Shown here: positions 11,810 through 22,105 of the stretch, piece by piece | Numbering within the stretch: the stretch's first letter is position 1 | Layout of the letters: the number at the start of each line of letters is the position of its first letter | NCBI GenBank assembly: GCA_040768745.1 | Contig: JAXGMI010000002.1 | Coordinates: 608,001-672,000 of the forward strand | Direction of reading: 5' to 3' | Origin: Desulfomicrobium sp. | GTDB lineage: Bacteria > Desulfobacterota > Desulfovibrionia > Desulfovibrionales > Desulfomicrobiaceae | Length of the DNA stretch: 64,000 nt | The notes under the pieces: generated by a model | Database searches by the model: none | Told to the model about the DNA's origin: nothing | The model's input: the letters and a program-made list of their open reading frames with translations, nothing else | Translations under genes and position numbers: made by a program

Positions 11810-13057
11810 ATGACCACCCCACACCCCTCTTCCAATGTGCAGCTGCTGTCCCGCAACCCCATTTTCACTCCTTCCATGAACGTCTGGGGCTACGAGATCC
11901 AGACGGCGGCCCATGTGGCGGCGGATGCACCGCCAGAACCCGACCAGCCCCGCGTCGGCAACGCCGTCATTTCCGGAAGTTTCGTTGGTCTGAACGCGAT
12001 CCTGGCTCGCAGCAAAAAGCTTCTCTTGGCCTACAGCGCGGACCAGCTGCATAGCCAGATCCCGCGGGCCCTCCCCCCCAAATCATCCATCGTGCTGGTC
12101 CCGCCAGAAAGCCAGGGAAGCCCTGGCCTGCGCAGCGCATTGGAACAGCTCGCCGCTGAAGGTCACGGCATCGCACTGGACTGGGACAAGGAGGTCACGC
12201 CACACGCTGCTATCTTGGGGGCAGCATCCTTTATTTGCCTGACCAGCCCAGACCAGGCCAGAACGGCTGAACTGGCCACGATCCTGGCCCTCGGCAAAAC
12301 CTGCATTGCCCGCCATGTGCACAGCAGGGAAGCGCTCCATCGCCTCAAGGGCCACGGGGTGGGCCTGTTCCAGGGCCGTTTTTTCAAGGATGCGGAAATC
12401 ATCCCGGGCAAGAAGCTGTCCTCCCATCAGAACTCCCGTCTCGGCATCATGAATGCTGTCATGCAGGGCGGGGACGACCTGGACAGGCTGGTCCAGCCCG
12501 TTCAATCCGACGTCAGTTTAAGCTACCGTCTTTTGTCCTACCTCAACTCACCGTCCTTCGGATTTGTCCGTAAGATCAGCACAATCCGCCAGGCCATCGC
12601 CATGCTTGGCTGGAGCCATGCCCGCAACTGGCTGTTGGCAGTCCTCCTGGCCGACATGGCCCAGGGAGACCAGCAGAACGAACTCCTGCATCTTTCCCTG
12701 CAGCGCGCAAAATTCCTGGAACAAATGGTGCAGACCTACGATTACTGGGGATTCAAACCGGAGGAGATGTTCCTGTTGGGAACATTCTCCCTCTTGGACG
12801 TCATCCTGGGTGTGTCCATGCAGGATGCGCTGGCCTTTCTGCCCTTGAACGACACCCAGAAAAGAGCCCTGTGCGGCGACAAGACCAGCGAATACGCTCC
12901 TTTTCTGACCCTCATGGCCGCCTTCGAGGACCAGGATCAACGGCAACTGGACAAACTGGCTCTGGATTTGAACATCAATCCCGATGCTGCCCGACACATG
13001 TTCCATGCATCAGGCGCCTGGGCTTCCTCCGTGCTGGAGGCCACGCCCGGCGCCTGA
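11810..13057 (+). CDS. EAL-like + HDOD domain protein (YuxH-like)
   Basis: RNPIF...GYEI N-terminus, LFQGRFF, DVSLSYRLLSYLNS and FLLGTFSLLDVIL; the EAL motif is degenerate. Confidence 0.85.
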   Translation: MTTPHPSSNVQLLSRNPIFTPSMNVWGYEIQTAAHVAADAPPEPDQPRVGNAVISGSFVGLNAILARSKKLLLAYSADQLHSQIPRALPPKSSIVLVPPESQGSPGLRSALEQLAAEGHGIALDWDKEVTPHAAILGAASFICLTSPDQARTAELATILALGKTCIARHVHSREALHRLKGHGVGLFQGRFFKDAEIIPGKKLSSHQNSRLGIMNAVMQGGDDLDRLVQPVQSDVSLSYRLLSYLNSPSFGFVRKISTIRQAIAMLGWSHARNWLLAVLLADMAQGDQQNELLHLSLQRAKFLEQMVQTYDYWGFKPEEMFLLGTFSLLDVILGVSMQDALAFLPLNDTQKRALCGDKTSEYAPFLTLMAAFEDQDQRQLDKLALDLNINPDAARHMFHASGAWASSVLEATPGA

Positions 13058-13066
13058 TGCAGCCCG

Positions 13067-15520
13067 CTATGGCAAGGGAGCAACCTTCCAGATGTTCCGG
13101 GCATATTCCATGATCGACCGGTCGCTGGAAAACTTGCCCATGTGCGCCGTGTTCAGGATGGACATCCGCGTCCAGGCGCGGGTGTCCTGGTAGGCCTGTT
13201 CGACCTTGGCCTGTGTGGCCACGTAGTTTTCATAGTCGGCCAGGACCAGGTAATAATCCCCCTGAGCCAGCAGGGAATCAACAATGGGCCTGAACAGGTT
13301 GGGCGCTTCAGGCGAAAAATAACCTGTGGCGATCATGTCCAGGGCGTTTCTCAATTCCAGCGAATTTTCGTAGACCTGCCAGGGATTGTAGCCGCTGGAA
13401 CGCAACTGGACCACTTCGTCCTCGGTGTGCCCGAAGAGAAAGAAGTTTTCTTCACCGACCATTTCCCGGATTTCGATATTCGCCCCGTCCAGCGTGCCGA
13501 TGGTCAGCGCCCCGTTCAGGGCGAATTTCATGTTGCCCGTCCCCGATGCTTCCATCCCGGCCGTGGAAATCTGCTCTGAAAGGTCCGCGGCGGGGATGAT
13601 CCGTTCGGCCTGGGACACGCAGTAATTGGGCAGAAAAACCACCTTCAAGACGTTGCCCACGGCATGGTCCGTGTTGACCATCTGTCCCACCGCATTGATG
13701 AGCTTGATGATGAGCTTGGCCTGAAAATATCCTGGCGCGGCCTTGCCGGCAAAAAAGACCGTGCGGGGAACGTGCTTCTCACCGCTTTCCTTGCGGATGC
13801 GGTTGTAGAGCGTGATGACGTGCAGGATGTTCAAAAGCTGGCGTTTGTACTCGTGAATGCGTTTGACGTGCACGTCAAACAGGGTGCCGGGATTGATACC
13901 CACCCCGAGCTTGCGCAGCACATACCGGGCCAGGAGCTTTTTGTTGCGCGTGCGCACCTCCTGCCAACGCAACTGGAACTGCTCATCGTCGGCGAATTCG
14001 GCCAGCCCTGCCAACTGGTCCAGATCGTAGACCCAGCCCTGGCCAACGGCCGATGAAATCAGTTCCGCAAGGGCCGGATTGGCCTGCAGGAGCCAACGCC
14101 GCGGTGTGATGCCGTTGGTCACGTTGGTGAATTTGCCCGGATAGAGGGCATGGAAGTCCCGGAACAGCCTTGTCTGCAGAATCTGGGAGTGCAGTTCGGC
14201 CACGCCGTTGACCGTATGGCTTCCGATGATGGCCAGGTGGGCCATGCGGACCTGCTTCTCCTGGCCCTCGGCAATGATGGAAAGGGAACGGAGCAGGTCG
14301 GTGTTGCCGGAAAAACGCTGCCCCACATCGTCCAGAAAACGCTGGTTGATCTCAAAAATGATCTGCATGTGCCGAGGCAGAATCCGGCCCACAAGGTCCA
14401 CGGACCATGTTTCCAGGGCCTCGGGCAGGACTGTGTGGTTCGTGTAGGCAAAGGTCTGTCTGCAGATGTGCCACGCCCTTTCCCAGGTCAGGGCCTCCTC
14501 GTCCACCAGCAGGCGCATCAGTTCCGCAATGCTGATGGCCGGGTGGGTGTCGTTGAGTTGAACCGTGACCTGGTCAGGAAAACAGTCGAAGGAGGAGTAG
14601 TTGTTCTTGCGGAATCGTCGCAGGATGTCATGAAAGGTGGCCGCGACGAAGAAATACTGCTGGCTGAGGCGCAGCGCCTTGCCGCGTGGGCTCTGGTCGT
14701 TGGGGTAGAGAACCTTGGAGATGTTTTCGCTCTCAACCTTGGCCTGCATGGCACCGATGTAGTCACCGCGGTTGAAGTATTCAAGGTCGAAATCCCGGCT
14801 GGAAATGGCCTTCCACAAACGCATGTTGGTCACATGGTCGTTGTGATAGCCGGGGATCATGATGTCGCAGGCCATGGCCATGACCGTCTCCGTGTCCACC
14901 CAGCGGAAACGCTGATGCCCTGCACTGTCTTCGTACGCCTCGCTGCGTCCAAAAAAATGCACCGTGAACATGAAATTCCCGCGCCGCACCACCCACGGCG
15001 AGTCCTGGCGCAGCCAGTTATCGCTTCCTTCCTGCTGATAGCCGTTGACGATGGTTTGATAGAAAATCCCATAGTCATAGAGGATCCCATATCCGTAGCC
15101 GGGAATCTTGCAGGTGGCCATGGAATCCATGTAGCAGGATGCCAGACGACCCAGGCCGCCATTGCCCAGACCAGGGTTCCATTCCTCTTCCAGCAGTTCG
15201 TCCAGATCCATGCCGAAATCCCGGACCGCCTCCCGGCATTCGTCCTCGATCCCCAGGGACTGGATGTAATTCATCAGGAATCTGCCAGGGAGAAATTCCA
15301 AGGACATGTAGTACACACGCTTGGTGATGGAATCATAATAGGAACGCTGTGTCTCCAGCCACTTTTCCACAAGCCGATCCCGCACGCTGTAGCACAGGCC
15401 CAGGTAGTAGCGCTCTTTGCGCGGAGGGAAGGGATCACTGCCAAGGGTCAGGGCCACGTGTCGCTGGATGTCGTTCTTGAGGGTCTCGACGATTTGGTTC
15501 TGTTCCGCTGTGGTCATCAT
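13067..15520 (-). CDS. glgP: Glycogen/starch/alpha-glucan phosphorylase
   Basis: GLGNGGLGRLASC, QLNDTHP, KRIHEYKRQ and EASGTGNMK (PLP lysine). Confidence 0.97.
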   Translation of the reverse strand: MMTTAEQNQIVETLKNDIQRHVALTLGSDPFPPRKERYYLGLCYSVRDRLVEKWLETQRSYYDSITKRVYYMSLEFLPGRFLMNYIQSLGIEDECREAVRDFGMDLDELLEEEWNPGLGNGGLGRLASCYMDSMATCKIPGYGYGILYDYGIFYQTIVNGYQQEGSDNWLRQDSPWVVRRGNFMFTVHFFGRSEAYEDSAGHQRFRWVDTETVMAMACDIMIPGYHNDHVTNMRLWKAISSRDFDLEYFNRGDYIGAMQAKVESENISKVLYPNDQSPRGKALRLSQQYFFVAATFHDILRRFRKNNYSSFDCFPDQVTVQLNDTHPAISIAELMRLLVDEEALTWERAWHICRQTFAYTNHTVLPEALETWSVDLVGRILPRHMQIIFEINQRFLDDVGQRFSGNTDLLRSLSIIAEGQEKQVRMAHLAIIGSHTVNGVAELHSQILQTRLFRDFHALYPGKFTNVTNGITPRRWLLQANPALAELISSAVGQGWVYDLDQLAGLAEFADDEQFQLRWQEVRTRNKKLLARYVLRKLGVGINPGTLFDVHVKRIHEYKRQLLNILHVITLYNRIRKESGEKHVPRTVFFAGKAAPGYFQAKLIIKLINAVGQMVNTDHAVGNVLKVVFLPNYCVSQAERIIPAADLSEQISTAGMEASGTGNMKFALNGALTIGTLDGANIEIREMVGEENFFLFGHTEDEVVQLRSSGYNPWQVYENSLELRNALDMIATGYFSPEAPNLFRPIVDSLLAQGDYYLVLADYENYVATQAKVEQAYQDTRAWTRMSILNTAHMGKFSSDRSIMEYARNIWKVAPLP

Positions 15521-15631
15521 GCCTCCTTCACTGTCTATTAAAAAAATCATAGCACACGAACGCACCAAGGCAAACCCGGACCTTTACAGCCCGAACGGAC
15601 AGATTAGAGAAAGAAAAACAAGGAGAATGCC

Positions 15632-16108
15632 ATGATCTCGAACCGAAGGCTGACAGGCTTGTGGGTACTGATCTTCCTTTCACTGCTCTCCTGTCCACGC
15701 CAAGGAGGCGCCATGGAAAACATGCCCAAGACAGAGCACGAGTGGCGGCAAGCCCTGACCCCGGAACAATTCCATGTCCTGCGTCAGAAGGGGACGGAGC
15801 CGGCCTTCAGCGGAAAATTCCACGATCATCATGCCACCGGAACCTATGTCTGTGCTGGATGCAAAACCCCCCTCTTCCATTCCAGTGCCAAATTCGATTC
15901 CGGGACCGGGTGGCCCAGCTTCTTTCAGCCCGTGAATCAGGACAATATCGACCTGCGCGAAGACACCTCCTGGTTCATGGTCAGGACCGAAGTGCTCTGC
16001 AAGGTCTGCGGCGGACACCTGGGCCATGTCTTTCCGGACGGTCCACCCCCGACAGGGCTGCGCTACTGCATCAACTCCCTTTCCCTGGATTTCCGGCCAG
16101 AACCATGA
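15632..16108 (+). CDS. msrB: Peptide-methionine (R)-S-oxide reductase MsrB with an N-terminal hydrophobic extension
   Basis: [29 protein letters not shown] and RYCINS; two CxxC zinc motifs. Confidence 0.95.
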   Translation: MISNRRLTGLWVLIFLSLLSCPRQGGAMENMPKTEHEWRQALTPEQFHVLRQKGTEPAFSGKFHDHHATGTYVCAGCKTPLFHSSAKFDSGTGWPSFFQPVNQDNIDLREDTSWFMVRTEVLCKVCGGHLGHVFPDGPPPTGLRYCINSLSLDFRPEP

Positions 16109-16229
16109 CGCAGGCCGGCGACCAGCCACGCCCGAAAACGCGTGCGCACCCCGGATCGTTGATGAACGTCCTGATCTGGTCTGCTCGGCAGTTTGCTGCC
16201 CCGGGCAGAACAGATCAGAGCTGGCGGCT

Positions 16230-16766
16230 TCATGGCATGTTTGATTGGAGCGTGATCGTTTCCCCGGCCACCATGAACTTGCCCCTGCCAAGGTGATGGA
16301 TCGTCTGCGGGTTCCTGACTGCAGGGTCGATCCACGCCGCGATGACTTCGAGAACGAACAGGCAGTATCGTTCCACCATCCCCGTATCCGCCACCCGGCA
16401 CTCGAGGCTGGCGTAGCACTCCGCGATGAGCGGCGCGCTGATCTGTCTCGCGGGTTCGGGTGTGAGATGAAACGCGACGAACTTGTCCAGGTTTGCACCG
16501 GAGGAGTTGCCGCAGGCCACGACCTTGTCCGCCATCTGCACGGTGGGAATGTTGATGGCGCACTCGTTGCTCATCCGCAGCAGCCCGAAGGAGTGATTGC
16601 GATCGCTGATGACACACCCCACCAGCGGCGGCTCGAACTCCATCATGGAGTGCCACGACATGGTCATGACATTGGATCGCCCCTCCCAGAGGGTGGTAAG
16701 CAGGACCACGGGTCCGGGCTCGAGCAGCCTGTAGACCTCGGACAACGGCAGCGCTGTTTTCGACAT
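16230..16766 (-). CDS. Flavin reductase (DIM6/NTAB) family protein
   Basis: YRLLEPGPVVL, NVMTMSW and APLIAECYASLEC; GGGGAG RBS before ATG 16766. Confidence 0.85.
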   Translation of the reverse strand: MSKTALPLSEVYRLLEPGPVVLLTTLWEGRSNVMTMSWHSMMEFEPPLVGCVISDRNHSFGLLRMSNECAINIPTVQMADKVVACGNSSGANLDKFVAFHLTPEPARQISAPLIAECYASLECRVADTGMVERYCLFVLEVIAAWIDPAVRNPQTIHHLGRGKFMVAGETITLQSNMP

Positions 16767-17061
16767 ACTGGACTCCCCTGCCAGAAATGATGCACAACCT
16801 GCCTCCCGCGTATCCGGACAAGCTGGCTTTTGGAAGCAGCGATTTTCCACACCGCATCGCCAGCAAGGACTCAGGCACGTTTGCACGCTGGACCTTAATA
16901 AAATTATCAATTTAAATTAAATAGATAAGCGTTAAATGTGCATCATGGACATATTTTTCAATGCCGTTAGTGGATATTTTTCGTACACTGTTTAGCAAAT
17001 GAATCGCATTCCAGATCCCGCCCAGGTGAAATGCCGGATCTGAGGACAGGAGGTTGATGAT

Positions 17062-17904
17062 ATGAAATGGCAGGGAAGGGAAGAAAGCGCCAATGTGGAG
17101 GATCGCCGGGGGCGCATCATCAGGGCCGGAGGGGTCGGAATCAGCGGCCTCGGGCTGGTTGTGGCCGTAATCTACATGCTCATGGGCGGCAATCCGCTGG
17201 ATCTCCTGCAGATGACCCAGCAGCAGCCCGCACGCTATGAAGAGTCCCAAGGCAATTACCAGGAAACCCCGGAAGAGATGCAACTGCGGAAATTTTCCGC
17301 TGTTGTCCTGCGCGAGACAGAACACGTGTGGCACGATGTGTTTGCCAAAACCGGCCGCCGTTACGAAGAGCCTACCCTGACCATCTATTCAGGAAACGTG
17401 CAGTCGGAATGCGGGGTCGCCTCTGCCGGGTTCGGCCCATTCTACTGTCCCCTGGACAAAAGGATCTACCTCGACCTCAATTTCTACAATGAGATGCGCC
17501 ACAAGTTCAACGCTCCCGGTGATTTCGCCATGGCGTACGTCATCGCCCACGAAGTCGGACACCATGTGCAGAACCTGCTGGGCATTCTCGGAGAATTCCA
17601 TTCCCTGCGATCGAGGGTAAGCCAGGAAGAGTTCAACGCATACTCCGTCAAACTGGAACTCCAGGCGGACTACCTTGCCGGGGTGTTCGCCCACTATATC
17701 CAGAACAAGAACCTGCTGGACCAGGGTGATTTCGAAGAGGCCATGACAGCGGCCAGCGCAGTAGGCGACGACACCATTCAGAAACAGACCCAGGGGTATA
17801 TCATCCCGGAAAGCTTCACCCATGGCACGTCCAAGCAGCGCATGGGCTGGTTCAGAAAGGGTTTCGAGGTGGGAGACCTGTCCCAGGGGGATACGTTCCG
17901 GTGA
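17062..17904 (+). CDS. Neutral zinc metallopeptidase (YpfJ-like)
   Basis: GPFYCP, YVIAHEVGHHVQ (HExxH), ELQAD and SFTHG. Confidence 0.92.
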   Translation: MKWQGREESANVEDRRGRIIRAGGVGISGLGLVVAVIYMLMGGNPLDLLQMTQQQPARYEESQGNYQETPEEMQLRKFSAVVLRETEHVWHDVFAKTGRRYEEPTLTIYSGNVQSECGVASAGFGPFYCPLDKRIYLDLNFYNEMRHKFNAPGDFAMAYVIAHEVGHHVQNLLGILGEFHSLRSRVSQEEFNAYSVKLELQADYLAGVFAHYIQNKNLLDQGDFEEAMTAASAVGDDTIQKQTQGYIIPESFTHGTSKQRMGWFRKGFEVGDLSQGDTFR

Positions 17905-18004
17905 AATCAGTGCCCTGATTTTTGGGTGTTCGTCGCAAGAGGTGCGTTCGTCCTCTGCAACATCTGACGGCCTCGAGAAAAAAGATTCCGGTCAAGGGAA
18001 ACGC

Positions 18005-19216
18005 ATGAAGAGATCATTTGTCCTTTCTTTCGTTCTGATTTTTCTCTCGGCCGTCTGCTGTTTTGCCAATCCCCCGGACACGCTGGACATCCATCTCTTC
18101 TATGGAGAGGGCTGCCCCCACTGCAAAAAGGAGGAACTCCATCTCCAGCTTCTGGAAAAGAGGTTCAGCAACCTGAAAGTCCACAGGTATGAAGTCTATT
18201 ACAACGACAGCAACATGGAGCTGTTCCGCAGGATAGCCAAAAGCCTGGAAGCGGATGTGAGCGGGGTTCCTTTTCTGGTGGTCGGGAACGAATACGTTGT
18301 GGGCTTCGATGAAACCACAACGCCGGGGATCATCACCGCAAAAATTGAAAAGTGCCTGGCAGGCCCCTGCCCAGACTCTTTTCAGATCACGCTTGAAGGA
18401 AGGGAAAAAACCGACCTGGCCCTGAATGCCAGCGCAACGCCTGCAGAGTCCTCCTCCGCACAAAAGGAAAAAATCATCCGCATCCCGCTGCTTGGAGAGA
18501 TAGACGTCTACTCCTTCTCGCTTCCGATGCTGACCATTGTGATGGGGTTTCTGGACGGATTCAACCCCTGCGCCATGTGGACGCTCCTCTTTCTGATCAG
18601 TCTGCTGCTGGGCATGAAGGACAAGAGGAAGATGTGGATCCTGGGCACGGCATTCATCGCTGGATCAGCCCTGGTCTATTTCCTGTTCATGGCTGCCTGG
18701 CTCAACCTGATCCTGCTTCTGGGCCTTGTGCTGTGGATTCGGATCACCATCGGTATCCTGGCGCTGGGCAGCGGGATGTACAGCGTCAGGGACTTCTGGG
18801 TGAACAAGGAGGGGACGTGCACCCTGTCCGGCAATGTACGGCGTCAGCAGATCTACGAAAAAATAAAGGCGATCATCAACCAGCACAGCTTTGTCCTGTC
18901 CCTCTGCGGTATCATCCTGCTGGCCTTTATGGTCAATCTGATAGAAATTGTCTGTTCGGCCGGATTTCCGGCCATCTACACCCAGGTACTTTCCCTAAAC
19001 GAGCTTCCGTTGTGGAAGTACTATGCCTATATTGTCCTGTACATCGTCTTCTTCATGATCGACGACTTCTTTGTCTTCGTCACCGCCATGATCACCTTCG
19101 AGATCACCGGCATGACCACAAAATATGTCAGGTACGCCCGGCTCATCGGCGGGCTGACCATGCTGATGATCGGCATCCTGCTCATTTTCCGCCCGCAATG
19201 GCTCATGTTCGGCTAG
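18005..19216 (+). CDS. Exported thioredoxin/glutaredoxin domain fused to a CcdA/DsbD-like membrane domain
   Basis: Signal peptide, CPHC, GVP cis-Pro motif, then about six TM helices with DGFNPCA and EIVCSAG. Confidence 0.75.
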   Translation: MKRSFVLSFVLIFLSAVCCFANPPDTLDIHLFYGEGCPHCKKEELHLQLLEKRFSNLKVHRYEVYYNDSNMELFRRIAKSLEADVSGVPFLVVGNEYVVGFDETTTPGIITAKIEKCLAGPCPDSFQITLEGREKTDLALNASATPAESSSAQKEKIIRIPLLGEIDVYSFSLPMLTIVMGFLDGFNPCAMWTLLFLISLLLGMKDKRKMWILGTAFIAGSALVYFLFMAAWLNLILLLGLVLWIRITIGILALGSGMYSVRDFWVNKEGTCTLSGNVRRQQIYEKIKAIINQHSFVLSLCGIILLAFMVNLIEIVCSAGFPAIYTQVLSLNELPLWKYYAYIVLYIVFFMIDDFFVFVTAMITFEITGMTTKYVRYARLIGGLTMLMIGILLIFRPQWLMFG

Positions 19217-19252
19217 GCCGGACCAGGAATTGCTGACTGGCTGTGGGCCCTG

Positions 19253-19528
19253 TCAGGACATCTCCGGCCAGGAAAGTCTCCCTGCGATGAGATCGTCTTT
19301 GCGGGCCCTGGACAGGGACTTGATCCAGCGCTCCAGGGCCAGAGCGGAGGATTTCCGTCCGACATGCAGTGAAAATGCAAGCGCCAGCGGCTTCCTGCCG
19401 CGCAGGTATTTCGCGGCCCTGGGTCCGCCCGATGCGTGCTCGGCCAACCGCCTGTCCACGTCGGTGGTGATGCCGGTGTACAGGCTCCCGTCGCCGCAGC
19501 GCACAAGGTACACGAACCAGTCCGACAC
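19253..19528 (-). CDS. GIY-YIG nuclease family protein (UPF0213-like)
   Basis: WFVYLVRCGDGSLYTGITTDVDRRLAEH...AKYLRGR. Confidence 0.9.
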   Translation of the reverse strand: MSDWFVYLVRCGDGSLYTGITTDVDRRLAEHASGGPRAAKYLRGRKPLALAFSLHVGRKSSALALERWIKSLSRARKDDLIAGRLSWPEMS

Positions 19529-19531
19529 GGC

Positions 19532-20206
19532 TCATGCCGACAGGGTCTGCAGCACGGAAAAGAAATGCAGGGTGCTCCCTGCAACGACGAAAAGATGCCA
19601 GATGGCATGACTGTACGGCAGGCGCTTCCAGACATAAAAAATGACGCCCAGGGTGTAGGCCATCCCGCCCAACGCCAACAAGGTCAGGCTCGACGTTGAC
19701 AGGGTTGCCGCCATGTCCCGCATGACCAGGACACACAGCCAGCCCATGCCAAGGTAGATGGTCAGCGACAGGCGTTTGAAACGGTACACGCAACAGCATT
19801 TGAGCACCACCCCGACCACGGCCAGACCCCAGATGACCCCGAATATCGTCCACCCCACTGTTTCGCGCAGGCTGACCAGCATGAATGGCGTGTAGGTCCC
19901 GGCGATGAGCAGAAAAATGGCACTGTGATCCAGGGTTTTCAGGATGCGTTTGGCCCGGGGCAGAGGGATGGCATGATACAGGGTGGACGCCAGGTACAGA
20001 AGGATCAGTGTCGAACCGAAAATGGAAAAACTGACCACGTGCCAGGTGTTGCCCTCGGATACGGCTGCGACGATGAGCACCACCAGGGCGGCAATGGCCA
20101 TCCCCATGGCGACGGCGTGGGTGATGCTGTTGGCGATCTCCTCGCCGGGCGTGTACTGCGGAACGAATTTCTCCACCATGTTCATGCCTCTGGCCTCCTC
20201 GATCAT
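19532..20206 (-). CDS. Hemolysin III / PAQR family membrane protein
   Basis: EEIANSITH, STLYH, DHSAIFLLIAGTYTPF and HAIWHLFV; start uncertain. Confidence 0.92.
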   Translation of the reverse strand: MIEEARGMNMVEKFVPQYTPGEEIANSITHAVAMGMAIAALVVLIVAAVSEGNTWHVVSFSIFGSTLILLYLASTLYHAIPLPRAKRILKTLDHSAIFLLIAGTYTPFMLVSLRETVGWTIFGVIWGLAVVGVVLKCCCVYRFKRLSLTIYLGMGWLCVLVMRDMAATLSTSSLTLLALGGMAYTLGVIFYVWKRLPYSHAIWHLFVVAGSTLHFFSVLQTLSA

Positions 20207-20214
20207 GATTCAAT

Positions 20215-20844
20215 TCACGACACGGGATTATCCCCGACCGACTCGCGGTAGGAATTGTCCACCTCCGCCGCAAAGTCGTTGATCCAATGGATCCTGTCTG
20301 CGCGACACTGCAGCTCCGAGGACACGCCATCCCGAAAGACCACCAGCTCGATGCTCTTCCCCTGCTCGGAAAGATGCTCGATGGCGTCGAGCAGGTCTGC
20401 ATCCCCTGAAGACAAAAGCAGGCTGTCGTAATTGCGCTGGTGGACGAGGGACAACGTGGCGATGCCCACGTCCACGCCCTTCTGGATCTCGTTGAAGACC
20501 CTGTGCGTCACGTCCCCGTTCTGGTTCTGGCATTTGAGCTGCACCTTCTGCCCGCACTCCTCGCAGTAGGCCTTGTCCGCCCTCTGCTGCCGCAGGCTGT
20601 AAAACTTGGTGATGATCTTGGGGCCGAAGGGGGGACCGCTGCGCAGCCAGCGATGGAAATTGTCCTGGGCATCGCTGGGCGGGTTTGGCGAGGAATTGAG
20701 ATAGTAGGCCCGCCAGATGGAACCGCTCAGTTCCAGATACTGGCGCAGCTTCAGGTAGCTGAACTCATACCCGCTGCGCACACTGTGGCGCGCGTTGAAA
20801 AGATATCCGGCATCGATCAGCCAGAGCCTGCGTTTCTCAGTCAT
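20215..20844 (-). CDS. NYN (LabA/PIN-like) domain protein with a Cys-containing insertion
   Basis: IDAGY, QKGVDV and LSSGDADL acidic motifs; CEECGQKVQLKC insertion. Confidence 0.85.
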   Translation of the reverse strand: MTEKRRLWLIDAGYLFNARHSVRSGYEFSYLKLRQYLELSGSIWRAYYLNSSPNPPSDAQDNFHRWLRSGPPFGPKIITKFYSLRQQRADKAYCEECGQKVQLKCQNQNGDVTHRVFNEIQKGVDVGIATLSLVHQRNYDSLLLSSGDADLLDAIEHLSEQGKSIELVVFRDGVSSELQCRADRIHWINDFAAEVDNSYRESVGDNPVS

Positions 20845-20881
20845 GCATCCCCGTGACGATTGGAATTGCAACCGCACACAC

Positions 20882-22105
20882 CTAAGCGGTGAATGTCGGA
20901 CCGAACCTCTCCCCAGTCAGGCACATGCCCCCCCCGGGGGTGACCACGAAGGTGTTCTCCGTCCCGACCATGCCCAGACCGTCGATGCCGATCTTGGGCT
21001 CCAGGGCCAACACCATGTTTTCCTGCAATGGCTGTTCAAACGAGGGGGCGATCACCGGCCATTCATCGATGGCCAGGCCAATACCGTGTCCCAGAAAAGC
21101 GACCTTGTTGCTGCCCAACCCCATGAAACCCTCGCCCATATTGTTCTGCAGCACGATCTTGACGCACGCGCGGTACAATTCCGCCGGAACAGCCCCCGGC
21201 ACCAGACGGCTGGCCAGGAATTCCTGGATCTGCAAGCAGAAATCCTGGGCCCGGTCGGCCTTCTCTGGAATGCAGGTTTCGTCCTGCCAATAGATCTGGG
21301 TCTTGTCCGTATGATAGCCCTCCAGGCAGAATCCGCAGTCGATGGCCAGGGGCTCCCCCTTCTGCCAGACCTTCCCGGCGTAGCCCATGAACGGCAGAAC
21401 CGGATGGGTCCCACGCAGGCCCAGGGGGCCGTTGAACACGCTGGGGTAGTTGGCCGAATCCCCGGCCGAGACATGGCCGAGGAAAATCTCCTCTCCCGCA
21501 TTCTGCATGCGCATCATGCCCTGATGTCCGTACTGATAGAACGCATCCCACACGGCCAGGGCGATTTCCCGCTCGGTCATGCCCGGATGGATGAGTCCCG
21601 GCAGGGTATCGTTCAAAGCCTGGTCGTGACGGGCCCCGGCCAGACGCATCTTGTCCAGTTCCCAAGCGGTTTTGACGGCCCTGGTCCAGTTCAATGCCGC
21701 GTCCCCGGACACAAAGTCTGCACCCGGCAGTTTGGAGCGCAGAAGCTCACCCATGGACCAGGACAGTCCCGTCATTTCCACGGCCACCTGTTCACCCAAT
21801 GGCAAACCGGCCTCCTGGAGAAGGCCAGGCAGCTGCGCATACGATTTGTATTCCAGAATGAGGGAGAGAGGGGAGTCCAGCCGGGAGCGCTGCAGGCCTT
21901 TGCGGCACAGCAGGATCGGTTCCCCTGCCATGGGCACCCACAGGACCCCATTGGCCCATGACCCGCTCAAATAGTAGATGCCCAATCGGGAAAAAACCAG
22001 CAAGCCCGAAGCATTGGGACACAGGGACTGCAAATGCCCCCGCAAACGGCCAACACGATTCTGGACCTCCGCCAGAGGCATCTGCTCCAGGGAAAGGAAA
22101 TTCAC
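20882..22105 (-). CDS. M24 family (Xaa-Pro) metallopeptidase
   Basis: RAVKT, GYHTDKT, GHGIGLAIDE, LALEPK and GTENT. Confidence 0.9.
   Translation of the reverse strand: MNFLSLEQMPLAEVQNRVGRLRGHLQSLCPNASGLLVFSRLGIYYLSGSWANGVLWVPMAGEPILLCRKGLQRSRLDSPLSLILEYKSYAQLPGLLQEAGLPLGEQVAVEMTGLSWSMGELLRSKLPGADFVSGDAALNWTRAVKTAWELDKMRLAGARHDQALNDTLPGLIHPGMTEREIALAVWDAFYQYGHQGMMRMQNAGEEIFLGHVSAGDSANYPSVFNGPLGLRGTHPVLPFMGYAGKVWQKGEPLAIDCGFCLEGYHTDKTQIYWQDETCIPEKADRAQDFCLQIQEFLASRLVPGAVPAELYRACVKIVLQNNMGEGFMGLGSNKVAFLGHGIGLAIDEWPVIAPSFEQPLQENMVLALEPKIGIDGLGMVGTENTFVVTPGGGMCLTGERFGPTFTA

Noticed and set aside
16890..17010. AT-rich tract between the flavin reductase and peptidase genes
   Set aside because: Consistent with an ordinary divergent promoter region; no defined motif supported.
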